Position numbers and translations under genes: made by a program. A stretch of DNA of 64,000 bases, taken from assembly GCA_934167175.1 (NCBI GenBank), contig CAKPKF010000005.1, positions 681 through 64,680 on the forward strand, given 5' to 3'. Of this stretch, positions 1 through 9,938 are shown one piece after another. The notes beneath the pieces were generated by a model, which did not search any database, had not been told where the DNA came from, and was given only the letters and a program-made list of their open reading frames with translations. Each line of letters starts with the position of its first letter. Positions within the stretch are counted from its first letter, which is position 1. The DNA comes from an uncultured Clostridia bacterium. Its GTDB lineage: Bacteria > Bacillota > Clostridia > TANB77 > CAG-508.

Positions 1-828
1 GGAATAATAGTAGTGGGACAAGGTTCATATGCAATATATAAAAATAATGCAGAAAAAAATGATGCGGAAAATAATTTACCAACAGTAAATATAGAAAGGA
101 AAGACCAAAAGGTTGAAATAAGTGTAAAACACGATAAACAAATATCAGAAATATTGTATAATTGGAATGGTGGTTCCGATAATAGAATAGCAGGGCAAGG
201 TAGAAATGAAATAACTGAAACAATAGATTTACCAGCAGGAGATGCAGTTTTAAATCTAAAAGTAAAAGATTCAGATGGAAAACAGGTAGAGTACAAAAAA
301 GAATATGTTACAGATTCTGATAATCCAAAAATAAACTTTGAAGTAAACGGAAGCAATATGAAGATAACAGCCGAAAGTACAAACACAATGAAGAGTATAA
401 CATATAGCTGGAATGGCGAAGCTGAAACAACAGTTGATGTGAAAAATAGTTCAGATAATAAAATAGAAAAAGAGATTCAAATTCCAATGGGACTAAATGA
501 ATTAAAAGTAGTTGCTGTAGATAGTAATAATGAGACAGTAACAAAAACACAAAAAATACAAGGGGTTAAGAAACCAGTGGTAACAGTTGTTCCTGATGCA
601 GATCGTTCATACTTAATAATAAAAGCAACAGATGATGACAATATGAAATTTGTTAGATATACTTTAAATGGAACAACATATGAAATAAATATTGAAAATA
701 TTGGTCCAACAAAGGTTATAGAATATAAACAAAAGGTACAAGAAGGATATAACAGAATTTCATTAAAAGCATCTAATATATATGATGTAGTCACAGAATT
801 TGAAGGAGAATATACCTATACACCATAA
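1..828 (+). CDS. C-terminal part of a secreted/surface protein built from three tandem ~70-80 aa beta-sandwich (Ig-like) modules; the 5' end lies outside the window
   Basis: Frame 1 is open from base 1 (ORF track 13..828). Three internally similar modules (ISEILYNWNGG..., MKSITYSWNGE..., MKFVRYTLNGT...). Strong hairpin terminator follows. Confidence 0.5.
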   Translation, partial: GIIVVGQGSYAIYKNNAEKNDAENNLPTVNIERKDQKVEISVKHDKQISEILYNWNGGSDNRIAGQGRNEITETIDLPAGDAVLNLKVKDSDGKQVEYKKEYVTDSDNPKINFEVNGSNMKITAESTNTMKSITYSWNGEAETTVDVKNSSDNKIEKEIQIPMGLNELKVVAVDSNNETVTKTQKIQGVKKPVVTVVPDADRSYLIIKATDDDNMKFVRYTLNGTTYEINIENIGPTKVIEYKQKVQEGYNRISLKASNIYDVVTEFEGEYTYTP

Positions 829-830
829 GA

Positions 831-862
831 AAAATTGTGTGAAGAAATTCACACAATTTTTT
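831..862 (+). terminator. Rho-independent terminator
   Basis: 12-bp perfect stem aaaattgtgtga / tcacacaatttt with a 6-nt loop, followed by T residues, right after the stop at 826..828. Confidence 0.75.
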
Positions 863-950
863 GTATATGGAAAAATTTTATAGTATAGAATTTTGTGTAA
901 TAATTTGGTTGAATGTAACTTAAGTACAATATGTTAGAAAGAGGGGTATA

Positions 951-1742
951 ATGAACGTAGACATTGTTAATATTGCATATATTTGTTCATATTTCATAAT
1001 ATATTCATTTATTGGATGGGGATTAGAATCAATATACAAAACCATATATGCTAAAAAAATTGTAAATAGTGGTTTTTTGCATGGCCCGTTTTGTCCAATA
1101 TATGGAATAGGTGCACTCATAATGTATATGTTTTTAGAAGAATTTAAAGAAGAACCAATAGCTTTATTTATTGTGTCAATAATAATATTATCAATATTAG
1201 AATATATAGTAGGGGTGTTACTAGAGAAAATATTTAATACCAAGTATTGGGATTATTCTGATTCAAAATTTAATATACAAGGTAGGGTTTGCTTGTTTAA
1301 TTCTATAGTTTGGGGAGTGCTAGGTGTAGTGTTTACTTATGTAATACATCCATTTATAGAAAAAGAAATGAATAATATTCCTAATAATATACTAGAATAT
1401 TCAGTAACATTGATAATGTTATATATTTTAGTGGATGCAGTAGTAACTATATTTAATGTTAAAAATATGGATGTAAAACTAAGAAAACTAAATGAATTAA
1501 GTGACAGTTTAAAAGAAAAATTAGATGAGTTAAAATCATTGAAGGAAAATGTTGAACTAAAACCTATAAATTTACAGGAAATGCAGAAAGTTATTGATGA
1601 ATTAAAATATAAACAAACGAAGATAAAAAGAAAATTATTAAGACAAACTAATAGATTAAGAAAAGCATTTCCAACTATGAAGTCAGATAAAATAACAGAA
1701 TTTTTAACCCAAAAAATAGAAATAATAAAAAAAGACAAATAA
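951..1742 (+). CDS. Multi-pass membrane protein of the 'putative ABC-transporter type IV' (CmpB-like, PF06541-type) family with a charged coiled-coil C-terminal tail
   Basis: Motifs FIIYSFIGWGLESIY, GPFCPIYGIGA and YWDYS are shared with the paralog at 33547..34383. RBS gagggg lies upstream of the ATG. Confidence 0.55.
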   Translation: MNVDIVNIAYICSYFIIYSFIGWGLESIYKTIYAKKIVNSGFLHGPFCPIYGIGALIMYMFLEEFKEEPIALFIVSIIILSILEYIVGVLLEKIFNTKYWDYSDSKFNIQGRVCLFNSIVWGVLGVVFTYVIHPFIEKEMNNIPNNILEYSVTLIMLYILVDAVVTIFNVKNMDVKLRKLNELSDSLKEKLDELKSLKENVELKPINLQEMQKVIDELKYKQTKIKRKLLRQTNRLRKAFPTMKSDKITEFLTQKIEIIKKDK

Positions 1743-1762
1743 TAACAAAAAGGAGTATAGAT

Positions 1763-2686
1763 ATGGTACAAGATATATATGTAATAGATGATGATGTAAA
1801 TTTATTAAATAAATTAATGGAGTTGTTTAAAGAAGAAAAAGATTACAAACTAAAAAGGGTCATAACTGAAGAAATAGAAATTGCTTTAAAAAATATTCCC
1901 TCATTAATAATAATAAATGAGGATACAATAGAGAAAAATATAATTGATTTATGCTCATCTATGCGAAATAATGAAGATAATAGTATAACGCCTATAGTTG
2001 TATTATCTTCAAGAGATGATGCTGAACACCAAATAGAAGTCTTAAAACAAGCTGTTCAATATTATATTATAAAACCATTTGATGAAAAAGTGTTGTATTA
2101 TACTGTGAGAAACATAGTTAGACTAATGTACACTAATAGAAGAGTAAGTCCACTTACAGGATTACCTGGTAATGTACAAATACAAGCGGAGCTGAAAAAA
2201 AGACTATTAAATAAAGAAGATTTTGCTGTATTGTACATAGATTTAGACAACTTCAAAGCATATAATGATTTGTACGGATTTTTAAAGGGCGATGAAATAA
2301 TTAAGTTTACAGCAAGAACTATTTTGAAAAATGTAAATAATTTAGAATGCAATGACTCTTTTGTAGGACACATAGGTGGAGACGATTTCGTAGCAGTAAT
2401 ACCAAAAGAAAATTATAAAAGAATATGTGAAGACATAATATCAGAATTTGATGCAGAAGTTTTAAATTATTTTAATCAGAAAGATTCAGACAGAGGATAT
2501 ATAGAAGTTGCAAACAGAAAAGGAATAATAGAACAGTTCCCAATTACATCTATATCAATAGGAGTAGTTATATCAGAAAAAGATAAATTTAAAAACATAT
2601 TAGAAATAGGTGAAGTAGAAGCTCAAGTAAAACATAAAGCTAAAGTTATATTTGGCAGTAGCTATGTTGTAGACAAGAGAAAATAA
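1763..2686 (+). CDS. Response-regulator receiver-like domain fused to a GGDEF-family (diguanylate cyclase-type) domain; signature reads GGDDF
   Basis: N-terminal DDD acidic pocket, LSS and KPF receiver landmarks. C-terminal LTGLPGN...YIDLDNFKAYND...HIGGDDFVAV...SISIGVV. Confidence 0.75.
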   Translation: MVQDIYVIDDDVNLLNKLMELFKEEKDYKLKRVITEEIEIALKNIPSLIIINEDTIEKNIIDLCSSMRNNEDNSITPIVVLSSRDDAEHQIEVLKQAVQYYIIKPFDEKVLYYTVRNIVRLMYTNRRVSPLTGLPGNVQIQAELKKRLLNKEDFAVLYIDLDNFKAYNDLYGFLKGDEIIKFTARTILKNVNNLECNDSFVGHIGGDDFVAVIPKENYKRICEDIISEFDAEVLNYFNQKDSDRGYIEVANRKGIIEQFPITSISIGVVISEKDKFKNILEIGEVEAQVKHKAKVIFGSSYVVDKRK

Positions 2687-2726
2687 AAAAGTTACTTAAG
2701 AAAAATATATAAAAGGGGATATCAAT

Positions 2727-5700
2727 ATGAAGAAAAAAATTGTAAGAGCTGTTTTATTACTATTTTTAGTTGTGTCAATAGTTATAGGCATAATTAACGT
2801 GTACAAGTGGATTGTTTGTGGAAAACAGATTATAAAAATAAGTACATCAGCTGAAATATATGCTAATAGTAAATTGCCAATAGTAACTACAGTTAAAGAT
2901 AGGAAAACAAAAGAAATTTTAGAAAGCAAAACTAAAATTAGATTATTAAATTCAAAGGGAAAAAAAGTAAAAAAAGCAAAGGTAGAGTATGATGAAAATT
3001 CGGCTATTGTGAACATTCCGCAAGTGAAAGAAGGTAAATACTTTATTGAAACTAAAGTATCAAGTAAGTCAGGAAAAGATACTATAAAAAAAGAAATCTA
3101 TATTTCAGATGCAATTTCAGAAAATGCAACAATAACTTTAGATAAAGGAATATATAAACCAGGGGATGATGTGAATTTTAGAGTGCTTTTGACTAAAAAA
3201 GAAAATGATGAACCTGTAAAAGAAGATGTGAATATAAGCATATATGATGGAAATGATAATAAAGTATATAATGAAGATGTTTCAGCATCAGATTATGGAA
3301 TAGTAAGTGGAAAATTTACTTTAGCAAATGAAGTAAATAGTGGAATTTATAGGATAGTAACTAAAACTAAGAAATCAGAAACGACAAAAAAATTTAAAGT
3401 CAATCCATATATAACACCGAAATATGATATAACACTAAAATGTGATAAAGAAAACTATTTAGTTGGAGATACAGCTAAAATAGATATAAATGCCAAATAT
3501 TTCTTTGGAGAACCAGTAGAGAATGCAAAATATTCTGTATATATAAATGATGAACTATATAATACAGTTAATGCAAATAGTAATGGGGATGCAACCGTAG
3601 AATATAAAATAAATGATGAAAAAACATATAATATAAAAGTCGAAGCTGTAGATTCTTCAAATTACTTTGTAGAAAAAACATCTAAATTTGTAGCAGGAAA
3701 AGATCTTTTTAAAGTAGAATTAATGCCTGAATATGGAGAATTAATTCCAGAAAGAAAAAATAAAATTTATGTGTTTACCAAAAGTATAGATGGAAAGCCT
3801 ATTAAAGCATATGTTAATATTTCAGTTGATAAAACAACAAAGCAAATTGCTACAAATGAGCAAGGAATAGGAGAAGTTTCATTAGATATAAGTTCATCAA
3901 ATAGTAGTGATGAAAGTTATTATAAAAAAAGTAATAAAAAATATTATTATGAAGACGACCATATTGATTATAAAGATTATAAAAAAATAAATGTTACGGC
4001 AGAGGATATTAATAAAAATAAAATAGAAAAAGATGTTATACTAAATGTGACTCACAAAAATCTATTAATAGCAACAGATAAAGTAAAATACAATCAAGGT
4101 GAGGATATTAAAATAAATATAACATCTGATGAAGGTGAAAATAAAAATATTTATATATTAAAAAATGATAAAGCAATAAAAATTATAAATACAGATTCAA
4201 ATAATGTAACAATTAATTTAGATGATGTGTATGGTTTAATTGATATATGCATAACGGATAAACCAAACAATTCAATAAAATGCAAAAAGACTATATTTAT
4301 AGCACCTGCAAAAAAACTAAATATTGATATAAATACAGATAAAAAAGAATACAAACCAGGAGATAATATATCAGTATCACTCAACGTGTCAGACGAAGAA
4401 AATTCAAGTGTTGATGCAGCATTATTAGTAAGCATGCTTGATAATTCAGTTTTAAGTTTAGCTGATAATGATTTATTAATAGATAATATAAAAATGGCAT
4501 TAGGAGATATCAATTTTTCAAACGAATTAGATGCGGCAACATTATATTCTTGCTTAGTGAATGATTCTTCTGAACAGACTATAATGGCATTATTATTAAA
4601 ACAAGCAGACAGAAACTTAAAAATTTCAGAAAGTGATAGTATCAACTTTGAAGAAAGAGATAGAGCAGAAATAATTTCAATAGTTGCACTAACATGTGCT
4701 GTAGTGGGAACTTGTATTTATTTAAGTGTAAAATTTCCTAAATTTAGGAAGGTATTAAAACACATAATTAATTTTTTAGTGTTAGAATCTATATTTGTAA
4801 TTTTGTTAAGTGACATAGTAGATGAGATATTTTATGCAAAGGATAGAGTTATTTCGATGATTATTCTTGCGGTGGCAGGCTTAGGAACTTATATATTATT
4901 TGGAGCTAAATGCACAGAAAAAACATTTAGGACGTCAGTATCAATAATTATATCTATTGGTATAATTATTATGTTACAAATATTGTTTGATGGATTAGGA
5001 ATTTCTCTTGGAAAATTAGGAATAATAATATCTGTAATATTTTTATTAGAAATTATTATTTATAAAGTATTTGGGCGTAGAAAGAAAAATATAAATAAAA
5101 TAATAAATGAAATAATATATATTTTAAAATATGCATTATCAGTAGCATTATCTGTTGCTTTGACGTGGATAATAAGTCGAGTTATAGATTTCTATATGTA
5201 TGATACGATTGCTATATTAATAATCATAATAGCTACATATATACTAAATTATAAATTTAATATAATAGGTAAGAAAGAGAATGTGAAAAAGCAACCAAGA
5301 GATAGAGATGATATTATATTCTATACAATAATAATATTGGCATTTATAGGTGTTATAAGCATTGGATTTTTTGTAGCAAACTCTGTAGAAAGAAGAGATG
5401 GCTATTATAATAGTTGGCTTAGTGAAAAGGTTCCAATAGATGATTCCATGTCATTTTTGCCTGAAACTAGCTCAAGCTCTGGTAGAATACCTTCTCCAAG
5501 CGATTTTTCAGGAACTATTTCAGATTCAGGAAGTGCAAGAATAAGAAATTCAGGAATAGGAAACATATTTGAAAAAGCAGATAGCTTTATTTCTGATAAT
5601 AAGAGTGAAACAGTAGAAAATGCAAAGACACAGACAAGTGATGAAACAAGCAAGGTTACAGACAATAAAATAAGAAATGTATTTTTAGAAAGTATGTGTT

Positions 5701-7733
5701 TTGTACCAGAATTGGTTACATCAAACGGAAAAGCAGATTTAAATTTAACTTTAAGTGACAATATTACAACATGGACAATACAAACAGTAGGAAATACTAA
5801 AAATGGCAAAATAGGATATGGAATGATAAATAATGTAAAAGTGTTTAAAGAATTTTTTGCTGATTTTGAATTACCCAAAAATTTAGTAGAAACAGATAAA
5901 GTAAACATTCCTGTTACAGTATATAATTATACAGATACAGATATAAATACTACTTTAAAAATTAAAGAAGAAGAATGGTTTAAGTTAGATAATTCAAACA
6001 ATATAGCGGTAAATATTAAACCACAATCTTCTAGTATGACATATGTTCCTATTACAATATTAAAAAATGGAGAATATAAATTTCAAATAGAAACAACAAG
6101 TGGAAGCTTAACAGATATTGTAGAAAAGGAAATTTCTATAAATCCAAATGGATATAAAATAGAAAAAGTAGTTTCTACAGGATATTTGGAAAAAGAACTT
6201 TCAGAAGATATATTGATATTAGATGATGCGGTTCCAAATACAGGCAAAGCAAAAATAAAAATATATGCAAGTCAGATGGCTCAAACTATAGAGGAAATGG
6301 AAAAAATATTTAAAATGCCAACAGGATGTTTTGAACAAATTTCTTCAAGTCTATATCCAAACATAGTAGCATTGAAATATTTAGAAGATAATAAGATGAC
6401 TAATGATGAAATAAAGAAAAAAGCTTTAGAATATATTTCAGCTGGATATCAAAAATTATTAACATATGAAGTAAAGGGAGAAGAAGGTGGATATTCATTA
6501 TATGGAAATTCACCAGCAGAAACAGTATTGACTGCATATGGACTAATGGAATTGACCGACTTAAGCAAAGTATATTCAGTAGATGAGAATGTTATAAACA
6601 AAATGAATGAATTTTTATACAAAAAACAAAATCCAAACGGAACATTTACAATAACGGGTAGCCATATTGGTGGAGCAAATTCTAGAGAAAAATTAGCATT
6701 AAATGCATATATAACATGGGCATTATCAGAAAGTAATCCAGATAATGAAAAATTATCAAAATCAGTAGAATATTTAAAAAAACAATTAGATAATGTTGAT
6801 GATAATTATACATTAGCCTTAATAGCAAACACATTAGCAAATGTAAAAGATAAAACATTAAATAGGGTAATAAAAAGATTAGTAGATAATATAAAAATAG
6901 AAGGGAATAATGCTAGTATAACATCCGAAGTTAAAGATTATTATGGTTCAAGCTCTTGTACACAAAGTATACAAACAGTAGCATTAACATCTATGGCGTT
7001 ATCAAAATCAAAAAGTAATGCAAGTACAAATAAATCTTTAATAAATTACTTAGTTTCTCAAAAAGATAAATTTGGTAATTGGTATAGCACACAAGCAACA
7101 GTATTAGCATTAAAGGCAATAAATCAATTTCAAGAAACATCCGAATTGAAAAAACAAACTATTTCAGTAAAAGTAAATTCAGATGAACAAAAAATAGAAA
7201 TAGCTGATAATCCATTAGAATTGTACGAATTAACATTTAATAATTTAAATAAAGAGAATAAATTAAATATTAACATGGAAAAAGGTAGTGCATATTACGA
7301 AGTTATAGAAGAATATTATATGCCATATGAAAAAATAGATACAAGTAAAGATGATATAGAAATTTCAGTGAGTGCAAATAACACATTAAAAGTTAATGAA
7401 ATATTAACTGCAAGCATAAAACTTACTAATAAAGGGAAAAACAGCATTTATAATGGGATGGTAACAATAGATATACCACAAGGTTTTTCAGTATTAGAAG
7501 AAAGTTTAGGCAAGTTAAAAGCAAAAGGAATAATTGAAAAATATGAAACTTCATATAGAACAGTAAATTTATATTTAAGAGATTTTGATTTAAGTCAAAT
7601 AATTGATTTAAATGTACAATTTAGAGCTATGTATCCAGTTGAAGTAACAGGATTGTCAGTAAGAGCATATGATTATTACAATCCGGAAATAGAAGGAAAA
7701 TCAATGCCAATAAAAATAAATGTGAATAAATAA
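2727..7733 (+). CDS. Alpha-2-macroglobulin family thioester-containing protein, membrane anchored, with a central ~8-helix transmembrane insertion
   Basis: N-terminal signal anchor and repeated MG-like modules. A2M-domain signature LSDNITTWTIQ. Thioester motif PTGCFEQ (TGT at 6327). Terpenoid-cyclase-like TED region and a C-terminal receptor-binding-like domain. Confidence 0.75.
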   Translation: MKKKIVRAVLLLFLVVSIVIGIINVYKWIVCGKQIIKISTSAEIYANSKLPIVTTVKDRKTKEILESKTKIRLLNSKGKKVKKAKVEYDENSAIVNIPQVKEGKYFIETKVSSKSGKDTIKKEIYISDAISENATITLDKGIYKPGDDVNFRVLLTKKENDEPVKEDVNISIYDGNDNKVYNEDVSASDYGIVSGKFTLANEVNSGIYRIVTKTKKSETTKKFKVNPYITPKYDITLKCDKENYLVGDTAKIDINAKYFFGEPVENAKYSVYINDELYNTVNANSNGDATVEYKINDEKTYNIKVEAVDSSNYFVEKTSKFVAGKDLFKVELMPEYGELIPERKNKIYVFTKSIDGKPIKAYVNISVDKTTKQIATNEQGIGEVSLDISSSNSSDESYYKKSNKKYYYEDDHIDYKDYKKINVTAEDINKNKIEKDVILNVTHKNLLIATDKVKYNQGEDIKINITSDEGENKNIYILKNDKAIKIINTDSNNVTINLDDVYGLIDICITDKPNNSIKCKKTIFIAPAKKLNIDINTDKKEYKPGDNISVSLNVSDEENSSVDAALLVSMLDNSVLSLADNDLLIDNIKMALGDINFSNELDAATLYSCLVNDSSEQTIMALLLKQADRNLKISESDSINFEERDRAEIISIVALTCAVVGTCIYLSVKFPKFRKVLKHIINFLVLESIFVILLSDIVDEIFYAKDRVISMIILAVAGLGTYILFGAKCTEKTFRTSVSIIISIGIIIMLQILFDGLGISLGKLGIIISVIFLLEIIIYKVFGRRKKNINKIINEIIYILKYALSVALSVALTWIISRVIDFYMYDTIAILIIIIATYILNYKFNIIGKKENVKKQPRDRDDIIFYTIIILAFIGVISIGFFVANSVERRDGYYNSWLSEKVPIDDSMSFLPETSSSSGRIPSPSDFSGTISDSGSARIRNSGIGNIFEKADSFISDNKSETVENAKTQTSDETSKVTDNKIRNVFLESMCFVPELVTSNGKADLNLTLSDNITTWTIQTVGNTKNGKIGYGMINNVKVFKEFFADFELPKNLVETDKVNIPVTVYNYTDTDINTTLKIKEEEWFKLDNSNNIAVNIKPQSSSMTYVPITILKNGEYKFQIETTSGSLTDIVEKEISINPNGYKIEKVVSTGYLEKELSEDILILDDAVPNTGKAKIKIYASQMAQTIEEMEKIFKMPTGCFEQISSSLYPNIVALKYLEDNKMTNDEIKKKALEYISAGYQKLLTYEVKGEEGGYSLYGNSPAETVLTAYGLMELTDLSKVYSVDENVINKMNEFLYKKQNPNGTFTITGSHIGGANSREKLALNAYITWALSESNPDNEKLSKSVEYLKKQLDNVDDNYTLALIANTLANVKDKTLNRVIKRLVDNIKIEGNNASITSEVKDYYGSSSCTQSIQTVALTSMALSKSKSNASTNKSLINYLVSQKDKFGNWYSTQATVLALKAINQFQETSELKKQTISVKVNSDEQKIEIADNPLELYELTFNNLNKENKLNINMEKGSAYYEVIEEYYMPYEKIDTSKDDIEISVSANNTLKVNEILTASIKLTNKGKNSIYNGMVTIDIPQGFSVLEESLGKLKAKGIIEKYETSYRTVNLYLRDFDLSQIIDLNVQFRAMYPVEVTGLSVRAYDYYNPEIEGKSMPIKINVNK

Positions 7734-7782
7734 TAGTATAAATTCCAAAACACCACATATATATTTATGAGGTGTTTTGAAT
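7725..7782. repeat. Copy A of a ~58-bp direct repeat containing a terminator hairpin (aaaacacc.cat...atgaggtgtttt)
   Basis: Near-identical to 9939..9998 (aataaataatagtataaattc[c/a]aaaacacc[a/g]catatatatttatgaggtgtttt..gaat). Overlaps the stop of the A2M-like gene. Confidence 0.8.
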
Positions 7783-7945
7783 TTATATATGGGAAAAATT
7801 TATTTCTAATACTATTTTCAGAGTATTAGTTAATTTCCTGGAAACCATAATTTCATCACCGCTTATAAATTTTATTTATTTTTTCTTTGAAAATATAAAT
7901 GAAATGATATTGGACAAAGGTAAATAAATGGAAAGGATGGTATTC

Positions 7946-9367
7946 ATGAAAAAAAATATAGTGTTAGTTGGTGTTGGTCCACATTCGAAGAGGATCTATA
8001 TAAAGGTTTTAAAAAAGTATAATATTTTGCCCAAATTAATAGTAGATTTAGATACAAAGGAGGAAGAATTAAAAAGATATTTGTTAGAACAAGAAATAGA
8101 TTCAGAAATATTTTTAATTCCAGAAAAATATAAAAATGATGAAGAGTTAAATTCAGATATTTCGGAAAAGTTGCTAAAAAAGATTAAGGAAATGGATATA
8201 GAATATGCAATTATATCAACAGAACCAAAAGCACATTATAGTTATTTAAAATTTTTTCTTCAAAATGAAATAAATGTGTTGTCAGACAAACCTATTACTG
8301 TTGTTAAGGAAATGCATAAAACAGAATCAATAAATAAAATAAAAAGGCAGTATGAAAATTTGCTTGATATTTATGAGCCAAAAAGTAACAAAATAAAATG
8401 CAATATTATGTGTCAGAGAAGATATCATAAAGGATACATATACATACAAAAAATGATAAAGGATATAATAAAAAAATATAATGTTCCTATTACATATATA
8501 AATATTTATCATTGTGACGGAAAGTGGATGTTACCACATGATTATGACATAGAAAATCATCCATATAAATATGGGTACGGAAAGTTATTTCATAGTGGAT
8601 ATCATTTTATAGATTTATTAGCTGAATTTGTAAAATTGAATGGATTAACATCAAAAGATAAAAAAATTACTAATGCCAATATTACTAGTTATAAATTTGA
8701 TTTACAAGATGATTTGACAAGTATAAATAGAGAAGATATATTTAGAATATTCAATGGACAAAATATACCAATATTTTATTCCAAAAAAATCAACAAAAAA
8801 CAATATGAAATATATGGTGAAAAGGATTCATATTCTTTGATCCAGTTTAAAAATAATGAAGACAGAGTTATAACTACAGCAAATCTTAATCTATTACAAA
8901 ATGGTTTTTCAAAAAGGTCTTGGATACAAACAAAGAAAAATACATATAAAGGTAATGGGCGAGTAAGACATGAAACTATAACAATACAAATTGGACCATT
9001 ACTCAATATACAAGTACATAGCTATCAATCCAAAGAAATAAAAGAAAGGAAAGAATTTAATCAAGAGCACCAATGTGGAGGATTAGAACATTTTGATATT
9101 TATATTTTTAGAAATTCAGAAATTATAGGTGGAAAGAGCTTCGAAAAAATTCAACTACATGACTTGTATAATGATATAGATATTAAAAATTTTAATGGTT
9201 ACAATGAATTGGCAAGAGAAGAATTTGTATTAAGTTTTTTGTCAGAAGAAAATACTAAATCAGATTTATTAGATCATAAATTAGCAATGGAATTATTATA
9301 TAATATTTGTTTGTCCATAAATAACGAGACTTTAGGAGAAAAAAGTACGCATATATCATGTATGTAA
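7946..9367 (+). CDS. Gfo/Idh/MocA-like (Rossmann N-terminal) oxidoreductase family protein; function unknown
   Basis: N-terminus IVLVGVGPHSKR, then STEPKAH and SDKP landmarks typical of the family. ORF track starts at 7928, but the ATG at 7946 has a better RBS (aaagga). Confidence 0.4.
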   Translation: MKKNIVLVGVGPHSKRIYIKVLKKYNILPKLIVDLDTKEEELKRYLLEQEIDSEIFLIPEKYKNDEELNSDISEKLLKKIKEMDIEYAIISTEPKAHYSYLKFFLQNEINVLSDKPITVVKEMHKTESINKIKRQYENLLDIYEPKSNKIKCNIMCQRRYHKGYIYIQKMIKDIIKKYNVPITYINIYHCDGKWMLPHDYDIENHPYKYGYGKLFHSGYHFIDLLAEFVKLNGLTSKDKKITNANITSYKFDLQDDLTSINREDIFRIFNGQNIPIFYSKKINKKQYEIYGEKDSYSLIQFKNNEDRVITTANLNLLQNGFSKRSWIQTKKNTYKGNGRVRHETITIQIGPLLNIQVHSYQSKEIKERKEFNQEHQCGGLEHFDIYIFRNSEIIGGKSFEKIQLHDLYNDIDIKNFNGYNELAREEFVLSFLSEENTKSDLLDHKLAMELLYNICLSINNETLGEKSTHISCM

Positions 9368-9394
9368 AATTAAAAAGAAAGGAAGAGAGAATTT

Positions 9395-9925
9395 ATGAAT
9401 TTTATAGGAAAAGTCACTGATGAAGATGTTGGAGAGAAAATTAAAGAAATAAATATGCCTAAAAAGAGACGAGCAGTAAGAGCTATTTTGATAAATGAAA
9501 AAGGAGAAATAGCATTATTGAATAAAGCCAAAAAAAATGAATATAAGTTAGTAGGCGGAGGAGTAGATGAAGGTGAAACTCTAGAAAAAGCATTAGAAAG
9601 AGAAATATTAGAAGAAACAGGATGTGAAATAAAAGTAATTGAGAGCTTGGGATATATAGAAGAAGAAAGAACAAGAGATAATTTTACACAAACTTCATAT
9701 ATATATATATCAAAAGTTATTAACGACACAAAAGTATTACACCTTACAAAAGAGGAGGAAGAAGAAGGAGCAAAATTATGTTGGTATAAAAAAGAAGATG
9801 CTTTAAATAAAATAAGCGAAAGCTACACAAAATTAATTCCTTCAAAATATTCAGACTTATATAATACAAAATTTGTTATAAAAAGAGATGAAAAAATACT
9901 AAAGTATTACATAAAAAATATTTAA
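9395..9925 (+). CDS. NUDIX hydrolase
   Basis: Nudix box GGGVDEGETLEKALEREILEETGCE. Confidence 0.85.
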   Translation: MNFIGKVTDEDVGEKIKEINMPKKRRAVRAILINEKGEIALLNKAKKNEYKLVGGGVDEGETLEKALEREILEETGCEIKVIESLGYIEEERTRDNFTQTSYIYISKVINDTKVLHLTKEEEEEGAKLCWYKKEDALNKISESYTKLIPSKYSDLYNTKFVIKRDEKILKYYIKNI

Positions 9926-9938
9926 TATTTTTTATAAC

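Noticed and set aside
2696-3016. Antisense and alternative-frame ORFs throughout the track (e.g. 308..550-, 2696..3016-, 4151..4645-, 5405..5908-, 15555..16019-, 20698..21189-, 44527..44961-, 55219..55725-)
   Set aside because: They lie entirely inside strongly supported genes on the opposite strand or in another frame. They are Leu/Phe/Ile/Ser-rich, as expected for shadow frames of AT-rich coding DNA, and they lack RBSs and recognisable motifs.
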